Shown piece by piece: positions 30,757-40,120 of a stretch of DNA of 64,000 nucleotides. The stretch is taken from NCBI GenBank assembly GCA_964484505.1, contig CAZAFB010000005.1:7427-71426 (forward strand), written 5' to 3'. The stretch comes from an uncultured Bdellovibrionales bacterium (lineage in GTDB: Bacteria; Patescibacteriota; Minisyncoccia; Moranbacterales; GWC2-37-73). Within the stretch, counting starts at the first letter, position 1; each line of letters begins with the position of its first letter. The translations under genes and the position numbers were made by a program. The notes beneath the pieces are model-generated. The model did no database searches. It was not told where the DNA came from and saw only the letters and a program-made list of their open reading frames with translations.

Positions 30757-31335
30757 TTATCCTGCAAAGATTTTCTGCAGCAGTTCTTCTTTGCCCTTGC
30801 CTGTTTTAGCTGAATAATAAACGATGTTTTCCGTATTAAGATTCTCCGCAATATTTCTTTGCTTTTTTATTAGTTCGCTGTTTTTCACTTTGTCCATTTT
30901 ATTGGCAACAACGATAGCGTCATATTCATTTTCTTGCAAAAGCTCCATCATTTCTAAATCGTGTTTTGTCGGTCCGACATTACCATCAATAATCAGCACA
31001 ACTTTTTCAGGCCTTTTTTCGTTGTGCTCCAAATACCACATGATCATCTTGCGCATTTTCTCCGCCTGTTTGAGAGAAATTTTGGAATAACCATACCCCG
31101 GGAGGTCGACAAAATAAACACCTTCATCAATCAAGAAGAAGTTTAGCTGCAGTGTGCGCCCAGGCGTGGATGAAGAAATCGCCAAATCTTTTTTGCCGGT
31201 AAGTGAATTAATGAGGCTGGATTTGCCCACGTTTGAACGCCCCACGAAAGCGATTTGGGGAAGATTGTCATCAGGTAGCCCTTCACTGCCGACGACGCCT
31301 TTCAAAAATTGTGCGCTGAAAATTTTCGTTTGCAT
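30757..31335 (-). CDS. engB: Ribosome biogenesis GTP-binding protein YsxC/EngB
   Basis: FVGRSNVGKSSLINSL G1 motif; DLPGYG; NKMDK. Confidence 0.85.
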   Translation of the reverse strand: MQTKIFSAQFLKGVVGSEGLPDDNLPQIAFVGRSNVGKSSLINSLTGKKDLAISSSTPGRTLQLNFFLIDEGVYFVDLPGYGYSKISLKQAEKMRKMIMWYLEHNEKRPEKVVLIIDGNVGPTKHDLEMMELLQENEYDAIVVANKMDKVKNSELIKKQRNIAENLNTENIVYYSAKTGKGKEELLQKIFAG

Positions 31336-31424
31336 ATAAAGAGATCATACTATTAATAAGCTTTAAAAGCAATAATAAAGGCCGGTTTTCATTGCCGGCC
31401 TCTAAGCTCACGAGAAATCTGGTT

Positions 31425-31655
31425 TCAGATCTTCCAAACAACTTGGCACGCCGGACATCTGTCCGGCAAAGGATCACTCAATTTTTCAAAACGCGCTCCG
31501 CAATTTTTGCAGACATGTTCTGCATCATTAATTTCTTTTTTTGATACTTTCCTCATTTTTCCCTCCTTTGGGTTGAAAGTGTTACCTGAAAATTTAATCA
31601 TACGCCAAACACTTTGGCAATGCTTCATGATTGACAAGTCGGACGATTCATGCAT
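31425..31655 (-). CDS. Small zinc-ribbon protein (probably starts at the internal Met, about 43 aa)
   Basis: CKNCGARF…CPAC (two CxxC pairs). Confidence 0.35.
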   Translation of the reverse strand: MHESSDLSIMKHCQSVWRMIKFSGNTFNPKEGKMRKVSKKEINDAEHVCKNCGARFEKLSDPLPDRCPACQVVWKI

Positions 31656-31997
31656 AATAAAACTCTGTTGGCCATTTTACAACTGGGAGGCTCTATGCCA
31701 AATTCAGCAAAAATCATCAGTTTTTCCAAAATGAAAACAATGTTGCGTAGGCCCGTTTTTTCAATCTCTTCCAGTGACGAACGAAGTCGTTATCTATGGA
31801 CAATCAGAGATGATGGCAGACCTATGATGGTCGGTTATTCAAAACAAGGGATTGAATCAATCCGGGAAACAATGACCTTGGATGATGAATTGATGCAGGT
31901 TCACTTCGGGAAAAAAGATGTCTTCTCTGATAACGAACCTGTTGTTTTTATCGGATGGTTCAAAGATGAAACCTTGAGTCCGCTCTTGCAAACGTGA
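31650..31997 (+). CDS. Hypothetical protein
   Basis: ORF ends inside a strong intrinsic terminator; no family recognised. Confidence 0.45.
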   Translation: MHNKTLLAILQLGGSMPNSAKIISFSKMKTMLRRPVFSISSSDERSRYLWTIRDDGRPMMVGYSKQGIESIRETMTLDDELMQVHFGKKDVFSDNEPVVFIGWFKDETLSPLLQT

Positions 31998-32010
31998 GAG
32001 CGGTTTTTTT
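31979..32010 (+). terminator. Rho-independent terminator (cgctcttgcaaacgtgagagcgg + T7)
   Basis: 7-bp GC-rich stem followed by TTTTTTT; a convergent minus-strand terminator (acaccccgataaatcggagtgt) follows at about 32012-32046. Confidence 0.6.
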
Positions 32011-32083
32011 ATATACAAAAACACCCCGATAAATCGGAGTGTTTTCAAGTCGACTAGAGACTAGTGCTTCGATAAACTCGGCA

Positions 32084-32377
32084 TTAGTAGCGTGAGCCAC
32101 CGTCGAAGTCGCGGCGAGGAGGACGAGCCTCCATTGGGCGAGCTTCGTTCACGGTAAGCGTACGACCATCGAATTCCTTCTTGTCAAACATTTCGATAGC
32201 TTTTTGAGCTTCTTCGTCTGAAGACATTTCTACGAATCCGAATCCTTTCGAACGACCAGTCATTTTGTCAGTAATAATTGCTACGGAAGCAACGGTTCCT
32301 GCTTGAGAAAAATATTCCTTCACAGAATCTTCGGTGCTTGAGTATGGCAATCCACCAACGTACAATTTTGTAGCCAT
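32084..32377 (-). CDS. RRM-type RNA-binding protein
   Basis: RNP-2 LYVGGL and RNP-1 KGFGFVEM; start taken at MATKLY (six-frame track extends to 32440). Confidence 0.8.
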   Translation of the reverse strand: MATKLYVGGLPYSSTEDSVKEYFSQAGTVASVAIITDKMTGRSKGFGFVEMSSDEEAQKAIEMFDKKEFDGRTLTVNEARPMEARPPRRDFDGGSRY

Positions 32378-32617
32378 TTTCGTCTTATATGAACCTGTTA
32401 ACGTTTGTAAGCCGACCTTCTTTTTGTTTGCACGCGTCACACAAGACGAAACGAAACAAAACCAAGAATCTTACAAAACTGCTTCAATTATACACGTTTG
32501 GCGTATTTTGTCAACTATTTAAGTTGTTTTCTACCCCCAAGTTCAGTTGGCAAGCCCACCAACTTTCCTTGCTTATAAAACAGCTCCACTAAAATTAAAA
32601 GTTTGGTGTGTTTCTTA

Positions 32618-33832
32618 TTACTTGAGATATTTTCTCCCTCGAAGTTCGGCGGGTAAATACTCCTGTTCACTGGAATCTTCAATTGGCGTGTATTTGTAAG
32701 CTTTTCCGTAGCCAAGTTGTTCCATAAGTTTCGTGGGGGCATTGCGAAGATGCATGGGCACGGGCAAGTTGCCATATTGCTCCACGTCTTTTCTTGCCGC
32801 GCCATAGGCGAAATATGCCGCCACATTTTTCTTGGCGCGGGCAAGATAAATCACCAATTGCGCCAGGTGCACATTACATTCGGGCATTCCCAATTTGTGA
32901 CAAGCTTCGAAAACATTATTAGCCAGCACTAAAGCGAAATTATCCGCTACACCTACATCTTCCGCCGCAAAGCGAAGCAAACGTCGTGCGACATAAATCG
33001 GGTCCTCCCCACCTTCCAGCATACGCGCCAGCCAATAAAGTGAAGCATCCGCATCGCCACCGCGCATCGATTTGTGCAGTGCAGAAATTATATTGTAGTG
33101 TTCTTCACCTGTTTTGTCGTAGTAGAGATGTGATTTTTGCAGCACCTGCCTGATCAATTCGTGCGTTATGTTTGTATCTTGATCAGTTGCCGCTTCCAGA
33201 GTGTTAAGCGCCATGCGCGCATCGCCATTTGCCAACATGGAAATTTCCTTGATAACTTTGTCTTCTATTTTTATTTTCCTGTCACCAAGTCCTTTTTCTT
33301 TGTCGCTCAGCGCATGCCTAAGAATTTTTTCAATATTTTCCGCTTCTAATTTTTTCAACACAAAGACTCGCGTCCTGGAAACCAAGGCGCTGTTCACTTC
33401 AAAGCTGGGGTTTTCCGTGGTTGCCCCGATCAAAGTAACCAAGCCGTGTTCCACATGCGGCAAAAAAGCGTCTTGCTGCGCCTTGTTCCAGCGATGGATC
33501 TCATCAATAAACAAAATGGTTTTCTTTTTCTGCCATTCGTTTTCTTGCGCCTCAGCGATAATCTTACGCAGTTCTTTGATGCCGCTGGTTACTGCGCTTA
33601 TTTGCAAAAACTCCGCTTTTGTTTCTTTGGCGATGATGTGAGCCAGCGTTGTTTTGCCGCTTCCTGGAGGCCCCCAAAGAATCATCGAAGGCACATTATC
33701 CTGTTCGATCGCTTTTCGCAAAAACGAAACTTCCCCGACCAAATCATCTTGCCCAAAAAAATCTTCCAGCCTCTCCGGCCGCATCCGATCGGCAAGGGGA
33801 ATATTAGCGTTTGTTTTATTATCCTTATCCAT
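32618..33832 (-). CDS. rarA: Replication-associated recombination protein A (AAA+ ATPase RarA/MgsA)
   Basis: Walker A GPPGSGKTTLA; LIGATTENPSFEVNSALVSR; C-terminal MgsA helical domain. Confidence 0.9.
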   Translation of the reverse strand: MDKDNKTNANIPLADRMRPERLEDFFGQDDLVGEVSFLRKAIEQDNVPSMILWGPPGSGKTTLAHIIAKETKAEFLQISAVTSGIKELRKIIAEAQENEWQKKKTILFIDEIHRWNKAQQDAFLPHVEHGLVTLIGATTENPSFEVNSALVSRTRVFVLKKLEAENIEKILRHALSDKEKGLGDRKIKIEDKVIKEISMLANGDARMALNTLEAATDQDTNITHELIRQVLQKSHLYYDKTGEEHYNIISALHKSMRGGDADASLYWLARMLEGGEDPIYVARRLLRFAAEDVGVADNFALVLANNVFEACHKLGMPECNVHLAQLVIYLARAKKNVAAYFAYGAARKDVEQYGNLPVPMHLRNAPTKLMEQLGYGKAYKYTPIEDSSEQEYLPAELRGRKYLK

Positions 33833-33907
33833 ATTATTATTTAAAAACGATCTAGATGCCGAAACCAGTCTGCCGACGAGGCAGGTAAATTAAGCATGGC
33901 AAGGGAG

Positions 33908-33942
33908 TATTCGCACATTCGTATAAATTCGTATTTCGTAGG
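33908..33942. promoter_or_regulatory. ATTCGT hexamer array (single copy) about 75 nt upstream of rarA start
   Basis: tattcgcacattcgtataaattcgtatttcgtagg, near-identical to the reverse complement of 29761-29795; followed by TTATAAT. Confidence 0.4.
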
Positions 33943-33988
33943 CATGTTATAATACAACCATATTAACAATTACTACGCAAACAAAATC

Positions 33989-34228
33989 ATGAAGAAATTC
34001 ATAATCATAGTCATGGTTCTGATAGGCATCATTGCTGCCTGGAAATATTTCAAAAAACCAATCGAACAGAGCGCGCCAGCACAGGCCGTAAAAGAAAATG
34101 TTGATCCGGTCGTCAACTACGTACCCAACATGATCGACACCAAAAACCAAGCAGAGCAAAACATCAAGGACACGACAAATAAAGAAAACCAATACCGCAC
34201 CGACAGCTTGAATAATATCCAACAATAA
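33989..34228 (+). CDS. Small membrane-anchored hypothetical protein
   Basis: N-terminal TM segment; followed by terminator acggagctcgactccgt + T-run at about 34229-34252. Confidence 0.4.
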   Translation: MKKFIIIVMVLIGIIAAWKYFKKPIEQSAPAQAVKENVDPVVNYVPNMIDTKNQAEQNIKDTTNKENQYRTDSLNNIQQ

Positions 34229-34351
34229 CGGAGCTCGACTCCGTTTTTGCGTACCCTTCCCTTTCTGCCAATCATGTGCTATGCTATGTTTTCAATCGAT
34301 AACATTGAAATATTCGCGTAAATTCGTTTTTAATTCGAGAAAATTAGCATC

Positions 34352-35314
34352 ATGCTCATAGATGACATCACAATCAAAATATCCGCAGGACACGGCGGCA
34401 CAGGCTGCGTAGCGTTCAACAAGAACCTCATGAGCTTGGGACCAGCTGGAGGTAGCGGTGGCGAAGGCGGCAGCGTCTATTTTGAAGCTATTTCAGATTT
34501 GGGAGCGCTTCGCCAATTTCGTTTCAAAAAAGAAATTTCTGCCCCCAATGGCCGCGATGGCAAAGGGCATTTTTGTGATGGCCCGGACGGTAAAGATTTG
34601 GTAATTAAATTGCCGGTTGGCACAGTGATTCATAATTTGGATACGCAAACAGACAGCGAACTTACGAAGGTTGGTCAAAAAATATTGGTCGCTAAAGGCG
34701 GCCGCGGTGGCCGTGGCAACTTTTTGTTTCGCTCAGCGACAAACACCACGCCAAAACAATTTGAGGAAGGCAAGCCAGGGGAAGAATTTAACCTAAGGTT
34801 GGAATTAAAAATGATCGCCGATGTCGGTTTCATCGGTCTTCCTAACGTTGGTAAATCAAGTTTGCTCAATGAGCTTACCAATGCCAATGCCAAAACAGCA
34901 AACTATCAGTTCACCACTTTGGAGCCTAACTTGGGCGTATATTATGGCCTTATTCTTGCCGATATTCCCGGACTTATTGAAGGAGCGTCTGAGGGCAAGG
35001 GATTGGGACACAAATTTTTGAAACACATTGAGCGCACGAAAATTTTGTTTCACTTTCTGGCAGCAGACAGTGATGATATTGCCAAAGATTATAAAGCTAT
35101 CCGCAAAGAGCTGAAACAATTTAATCCTGAATTATTGGAAAAGCCTGAATATATCGTCATTTCCAGAAGCGATACCGTCACGCCAGAAGAACTCAAGAAA
35201 AAACTTGCCAAGGCAAAAAAAATCAGCAAGAATGCAATTGCGATATCAATTCATGATTGGGATAGCGTGGAAAAAATAAAGGAAATATTGAATAACATCG
35301 AGAACAAAAAATAA
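34352..35314 (+). CDS. obg: GTPase Obg/CgtA
   Basis: Obg fold Gly-rich N-terminus (GGRGGRG); G1 GLPNVGKSSL; DIPGLIEGA. Confidence 0.9.
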   Translation: MLIDDITIKISAGHGGTGCVAFNKNLMSLGPAGGSGGEGGSVYFEAISDLGALRQFRFKKEISAPNGRDGKGHFCDGPDGKDLVIKLPVGTVIHNLDTQTDSELTKVGQKILVAKGGRGGRGNFLFRSATNTTPKQFEEGKPGEEFNLRLELKMIADVGFIGLPNVGKSSLLNELTNANAKTANYQFTTLEPNLGVYYGLILADIPGLIEGASEGKGLGHKFLKHIERTKILFHFLAADSDDIAKDYKAIRKELKQFNPELLEKPEYIVISRSDTVTPEELKKKLAKAKKISKNAIAISIHDWDSVEKIKEILNNIENKK

Positions 35315-35359
35315 GGCCTATCGAAGTTCTTTGTCACCAACCAAAAAGAGGAGGGCACC

Positions 35360-35866
35360 ATGGAAAATGTCGGCTATTGCAGAAATTCGGCTCGCACCAA
35401 AAAGAGTGATTTCGACAGCATTATGAATAACATTGTCTCTGATCTTCAGCAATGTGAAGATTCAGTAAGCACCTGGATTGCCGCAATGCTTCCTCTTAAG
35501 CTATACTTTCTTTTTGTAAAAGAGCTTTCCAAAAGAAACGTTGCCACAAAAATACAAAAAGCGATTAGCTATGCAATCGAGGAAACATTGTTGCTGAACA
35601 TCCCCTGTTCACTCAAAAAAATCACCGGACCCAATGGACTCCTACTGCTCTTCCCAAACGGCAAGGAAAAAAATCTCCTGGATTACATCTGTAAGTTGCC
35701 CCAGAAAACATCCTCTAATCCTTTGTTTTTTGCAAGCAAAAACAGTGTCGACATTTACTTAGAAAGGATTGAGGAGCTTATGGATATGCTCGAGAAAGAA
35801 GCCGGGCACATTTCCTGGTTTGATCGCCTGGAAAACTTGGTTGCTCCCGAAAAAAAAGTTGCCTAG
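35360..35866 (+). CDS. Hypothetical protein
   Basis: Strong RBS GAGGAGGG 7 nt upstream of ATG; terminator after stop; no family recognised. Confidence 0.5.
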   Translation: MENVGYCRNSARTKKSDFDSIMNNIVSDLQQCEDSVSTWIAAMLPLKLYFLFVKELSKRNVATKIQKAISYAIEETLLLNIPCSLKKITGPNGLLLLFPNGKEKNLLDYICKLPQKTSSNPLFFASKNSVDIYLERIEELMDMLEKEAGHISWFDRLENLVAPEKKVA

Positions 35867-35919
35867 TAAACCTGGGCTGCGCAAAACAAAAAACGGTTAC
35901 GCATCAGCGCAGCCGTTTT

Positions 35920-36903
35920 TTATTTTCCCGAATTTATTATTCTCTCCACTTCTCCCGCACTTCCCGCTTCCATCAATTTCATCCGCAATTCCCTTGCGCC
36001 GTCAAAACCCCGCACATACATGGCAATGTGTTTTTTCATATCATGGAATTTCGCTTCGGGAAAATATTTTGAGTTCAAGTTGAGATATTCCACAAGTGCC
36101 GCAAGTCTCTCCTTAACAGTTATTTTTTCGATATCTTTTTCACCAAAAAACCAAGGGTTGCCAAAAAGCGCGCGGCCAACCATTGCGCCATCGAGTCCAT
36201 ATTTGCTGGCTTTTTCCATCGCTTCTTCTTTGCTTTTCACATCACCATTGCCAACAACTACTGTGCCTGCTTTTTTAGCAATCTTAGCAACTTCGTTGAT
36301 CGCTTCCCAATCAGCTGCTCCCGCAAAAGCTTGCTTGCGCGTACGACCATGGATGATCAATGCGTCCGGTTTTTCTTTTAATATTTCCGGAATCCAAGTT
36401 TCGATTTCATTTTGCGAATACCCGATGCGTGTTTTTACAGATACTGCAATTTTATTATCCGCACCTTCTTTAGCCGCCCTGATAAGTTCTCGCGCCAGCT
36501 CGGGATTCTTAATCAGCGCACATCCCGCCCCTTGCTTGATCACCGCGCGATCCGGACAGCCCATGTTTACTTCCATGCCGTCAAAACCAAGTTCCACCGC
36601 AAGCTTGGCACACTCGCGCATCTTCTCGGGATTAGCACCAAAAAACTGCGCCACAATCGGGCGCTGGTTTTCCTCAAACTTAAGGCGTCCGATCAGCGCC
36701 TCCCTGCCCTCGCTGCAAAGCCCGTCCGCCGAAACGAATTCCGTATAAATCAAATCCGGCTTGCCATATTTAACCAGCATCTGCCGAAAAGCCACATCCG
36801 TAATCTCCGCCATCGGCGCCTGCGCGATAAAAGGCCTGCCCGCAATGCTACGCATAGCGTTGCAGGCGGGTTTATTTAGTTTTTTCCAAAAATTATTGTT
36901 CAT
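35920..36903 (-). CDS. dus: tRNA-dihydrouridine synthase
   Basis: FMN-binding TIM barrel with AQAPMAEITD and VNMGCP motifs. Confidence 0.85.
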   Translation of the reverse strand: MNNNFWKKLNKPACNAMRSIAGRPFIAQAPMAEITDVAFRQMLVKYGKPDLIYTEFVSADGLCSEGREALIGRLKFEENQRPIVAQFFGANPEKMRECAKLAVELGFDGMEVNMGCPDRAVIKQGAGCALIKNPELARELIRAAKEGADNKIAVSVKTRIGYSQNEIETWIPEILKEKPDALIIHGRTRKQAFAGAADWEAINEVAKIAKKAGTVVVGNGDVKSKEEAMEKASKYGLDGAMVGRALFGNPWFFGEKDIEKITVKERLAALVEYLNLNSKYFPEAKFHDMKKHIAMYVRGFDGARELRMKLMEAGSAGEVERIINSGK

Positions 36904-37030
36904 AATTTGATATCATACTCATAAATCACGCTTTAGGCAAGATAAGTCTTTCCCAAATGAAGAACAAAGAAAAAAAGCCCGCGGTTTCCCGCGAGCTTAT
37001 GTAAGAAAGTTGCCCGTTGTCTGTTGGAAG

Positions 37031-37402
37031 TTACTCCGTAGTTTTCCCATAATCCGCCTTCTTGAATTTCACCGAATATTGCGGCTCGTAGGAATTTTGA
37101 TATTCATCAGTAACAACAACCGTTTCTCCCTTCATCAATGTTGAAATCGCGATGTCATTCATCATTTCTTTTTCGGATTCCATCTCATTCTTCAGGTCTT
37201 CAAGTTTCTCATAGGCTTTCCCCATCTCCGCCTGGATACGCCCCTCTATCTGCTTTTTTTGCTCGCGCAGTTCTTTGATTTGTTCAGTTATCTCCTCATA
37301 TTTATCCGCTTGCACCAGAGCATCCTTATACATTTCCTTCAATTCTTTCTGTTCTTTTCTGATTTCACGAATCCGATTAAATGTCTCTTGTATATTTTTC
37401 AT
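37031..37402 (-). CDS. Coiled-coil hypothetical protein
   Basis: Lys/Glu-rich heptad-like sequence; 123 aa. Confidence 0.45.
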   Translation of the reverse strand: MKNIQETFNRIREIRKEQKELKEMYKDALVQADKYEEITEQIKELREQKKQIEGRIQAEMGKAYEKLEDLKNEMESEKEMMNDIAISTLMKGETVVVTDEYQNSYEPQYSVKFKKADYGKTTE

Positions 37403-37420
37403 GTTACTCTTTGTATCTAG

Positions 37421-37526
37421 GGCTTACGCGTTTGCCCGAAATAAGAAATGGGTATTTGCGCTTCCTTTAAGAAAAATATCAAAGCGCATAGGGGCCCATT
37501 TCGACTTGAGGGTAAATGCGTAAGTC
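37421..37526. repeat. Structured intergenic repeat, copy 2 (outer stem gcttacgcgtttgccc / gggtaaatgcgtaagtc; inner stem aaatgggt / gcccattt)
   Basis: Homologous to 999-1111 with compensatory changes in the outer stem (gtc/gac in copy 1, gccc/gggt here). Confidence 0.55.
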
Positions 37527-37619
37527 CTAACATTATTTTGTTACCAATATATAATATCATAAATCCGCAAACGAAAAAAGGCTACCTTGATACAGATAGC
37601 CTTCGAGCATTATTCACTT

Positions 37620-38228
37620 TTATTCATCGGCAAGCTGACTATAGTAATAATCCACGTCTTGTTCCCATTTTTTTACGCTTGCTGTCGGATGAGTACAATT
37701 ATATCCACACTTCCACACAACCATTTTTTTGGGAGTATCCAAATTTTCTTCATTAACCATTTTGTCTATACGGCTGGCAATTGCATCAACAGCTTCTTTG
37801 GGATTATCAAAACAAGTGTGTCCACCACTACCCATTTTTTCCGATTTCATGCGAAAGCCCCAATAATTATAACAGTCTTCTCCGGCAAGCACCGGCTTTC
37901 TTTTGCCCCAATTGCTTTCTTTTTTGGCAATGCCCACAATAAAAGCAGCGACTTCACGGTCATAGGAAGCAATATATGGAGTCATTTGTTCAATCGGATA
38001 TCCCTTAACCATTTCCTTAATTTCCTTTTCTAGAGCAGCATTCTTTTGGGGAGCTTCCTGCACGATTAGTGTCGGCATATTTATTTCACGCCTAGCATGC
38101 TGAGAAACAACCAAAAACGTCTCCAAAAAGACAATGGCGATGATAAGCCCCAAAATGCGGGCACGGGACGGACTGATATTTCCCAAATCAAGTCCCAAAT
38201 ATATATTTTTTTTGCTTTTTTTAGCCAT
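37620..38228 (-). CDS. Membrane-anchored GH73-like peptidoglycan hydrolase, paralog 3
   Basis: IAKKESNWGK, DCYNYWGFR, GGHTCF, MVVWKCG, DVDYY motifs; N-terminal TM segment. Confidence 0.5.
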   Translation of the reverse strand: MAKKSKKNIYLGLDLGNISPSRARILGLIIAIVFLETFLVVSQHARREINMPTLIVQEAPQKNAALEKEIKEMVKGYPIEQMTPYIASYDREVAAFIVGIAKKESNWGKRKPVLAGEDCYNYWGFRMKSEKMGSGGHTCFDNPKEAVDAIASRIDKMVNEENLDTPKKMVVWKCGYNCTHPTASVKKWEQDVDYYYSQLADE

Positions 38229-38254
38229 TTTTTTGTTTTTTGCAGAAAAATAAG

Positions 38255-38279
38255 AAAAAACGGGAGTTCACCCGTTTTT
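38255..38279. terminator. Intrinsic-terminator-like hairpin aaaaacgggagttcacccgttttt (A-run/hairpin/T-run, potentially bidirectional)
   Basis: Near-identical copy at 60805-60832; both lie about 27 nt upstream of a minus-strand gene start. Confidence 0.45.
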
Positions 38280-38437
38280 CGCTTGTTTTCCACATTCCTA
38301 TACCCATTATACACCATTTTTTGGCAAAAAGCAAGCCCCCCCATAAAATATCCGCACTATTTTGAAGCCCTTGACATAAGTTTAGTTAATGCATAAACTA
38401 TTTATGGATTAACAATTAAATAATTTTATTTTTATAT

Positions 38438-38896
38438 ATGGAAACAATTTCAGAATCAATAATCCATGCTGCTATGCGCCTTGAAAATATAGCGAACAAG
38501 CACATCTTTAGCCACTTAGGAATGACTTCGGCAAGCATTAAAATCATGTTCGTATTAAAAAAGTGCCCCGCCTATAACACACCCACCAAAATATTGGAAG
38601 CGATCGGCGGCACCAGGTCAAACATCAGTCAGCGCCTGGATTTCTTGGAAAAAAAAGGCTTCATCACAAGAAAACACCAGGAGCTTGATTCGGACAAGCG
38701 TAAGGTAAACATCATGCTTACCTCTCAAGGAAAAGCTAAGCTTATGGAGGCTGAAAAATGGCTCGAAAAAGCCAATATGTATTTAGAAAAATATTTTACC
38801 CAAGAAGAATTAGCTTCTCACTTTGCTTTTTTTCAAAAACTTAACGAGGCTTTAGACGCCGAAGAAGAAAACAAGAGTTGTCGTATAATTTCTTAA
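38438..38896 (+). CDS. MarR-family transcriptional regulator
   Basis: Winged-helix region SNISQRLDFLEKKGFITRKHQELDSDKRKVNIMLTSQG typical of MarR. Confidence 0.8.
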   Translation: METISESIIHAAMRLENIANKHIFSHLGMTSASIKIMFVLKKCPAYNTPTKILEAIGGTRSNISQRLDFLEKKGFITRKHQELDSDKRKVNIMLTSQGKAKLMEAEKWLEKANMYLEKYFTQEELASHFAFFQKLNEALDAEEENKSCRIIS

Positions 38897-38924
38897 ATAG
38901 CTTATTTAATCCCAGATAAACCTT

Positions 38925-40004
38925 ATGAAAAAAAATATCTTTTTCATCATCCTGCCAATTGCAATTTTTGCAGGCTTATTGATTTTTAGAAACACAGTAC
39001 AAAAAACAGAGGGCGAAGTTTCTCCTGAAGTTGACAAAATAATGCCAGCAAAAATACAATTTGCCTCCGAAAGTAAAAGTATTGTTATTAAAAATGAATA
39101 TCCTGCGACCATAGGTGCAGACCAAGAGGCTACCATAACTGCAAAAACTTCCGGCACAGTTACCGCCGTCAATTTTGATTTAGGCAAATATGTTGGAAGC
39201 GGCAGCTTGTTAGTGAGAATAGACGACACTAGCGCAAATCTTGCTACTGGAGATAACAATTTAAAAAGCGCGCAAGTTAAACAATTGGAGATAGCCGTGC
39301 AAGAAGCTGAGCGATCCTTAAAACTTGCCAAGAAGAATGAGTCTGAAGACAGCACTTCAGCTACCAGGGCAGCCGAAGATATCGCTAAGCTACAATTGGA
39401 AAACGCAAAGGTAGCATTAAGTAGCGCCCTTGACTCACATAATGTGATCGCCCCCATAAGCGGATCGGTAACATCAAAAAATGTTTCGGTTGGTGATTCT
39501 ATTTCCCAGGGACAAACCCTGGCAACCATAAGCAAAACCGGTCAAATAAAGCTTACTTTTTTTGTCGAACAAGATAAAATAAATTCCTTAACAATTGGCG
39601 ATAAAATCTTGGCGACGACCCCCGATAACATCTCTTTCGAAGCTGTTGTGAGTAATATAGCTCCGCAAGCCGACAGTGTTACAAAAAGATTTCAAGTTGA
39701 TGCTAAGTTTACAGAAAAAATAAATCTAAAGCCAGGAACTATTATTTCGGTAAAAATAACCCGGGAAGAGAATGTCAGCGAAAACAAAAACGTCATATTG
39801 CCACTTTCGGCGATTACAATAGCCCAAAATGAAAACTATCTTTTTGTGGTTGAGAACGATTTGGCCAAAAAAATTAACTTCGAGATTGTCCGCATTTTTG
39901 GGGAAAATGCCGAATTAAAAGCAGACATTGCCGATAACGCGCAAATAGTCATCGAAGGAAACAAGCTTCTGAAAGATGGTAGCAAAATAAAAATTCTGAA
40001 TTAG
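38925..40004 (+). CDS. Efflux membrane fusion protein (HlyD/RND adaptor family)
   Basis: N-terminal TM segment; biotinyl-lipoyl-like hairpins (TITAKTSGTVTAVNFDLG…LLVRID; VIAPISGSVTSKNVSVGD); coiled-coil. Confidence 0.8.
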   Translation: MKKNIFFIILPIAIFAGLLIFRNTVQKTEGEVSPEVDKIMPAKIQFASESKSIVIKNEYPATIGADQEATITAKTSGTVTAVNFDLGKYVGSGSLLVRIDDTSANLATGDNNLKSAQVKQLEIAVQEAERSLKLAKKNESEDSTSATRAAEDIAKLQLENAKVALSSALDSHNVIAPISGSVTSKNVSVGDSISQGQTLATISKTGQIKLTFFVEQDKINSLTIGDKILATTPDNISFEAVVSNIAPQADSVTKRFQVDAKFTEKINLKPGTIISVKITREENVSENKNVILPLSAITIAQNENYLFVVENDLAKKINFEIVRIFGENAELKADIADNAQIVIEGNKLLKDGSKIKILN

Positions 40005-40020
40005 GACTTTAGGATATTAC

Positions 40021-40120
40021 GGACTTGCCTGAAACAAAGAGATGTCCTTCACACTTCACTGATAAATACTTAGGGATCAGAAAACATAGCAACCCATTGG
40101 AACTTGAGGGCAAATGCATA
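40021..40120. repeat. Degenerate copy 3 of the structured intergenic repeat, in the leader of the RND gene
   Basis: Shares ctgaaacaaaga…cccatt…gacttgagggcaaatgc with copies 1 and 2. Confidence 0.4.

Noticed and set aside
32378-32440. 21-codon N-terminal extension (MTRANKKKVGLQTLTGSYKTK) of the RRM protein
   Set aside because: RRM proteins of this type start directly at the RNP-2 strand, and the internal Met (MATKLYVGGL) gives the canonical architecture. The extension is kept only as a lower-probability alternative.
40025-40120. Longer N-terminus (MPETKRCPSHF…) of the RND transporter ORF
   Set aside because: The extension is a read-through of the intergenic structured repeat. The same reading frame yields a similar peptide at copy 2. 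The true start was taken at 40121.
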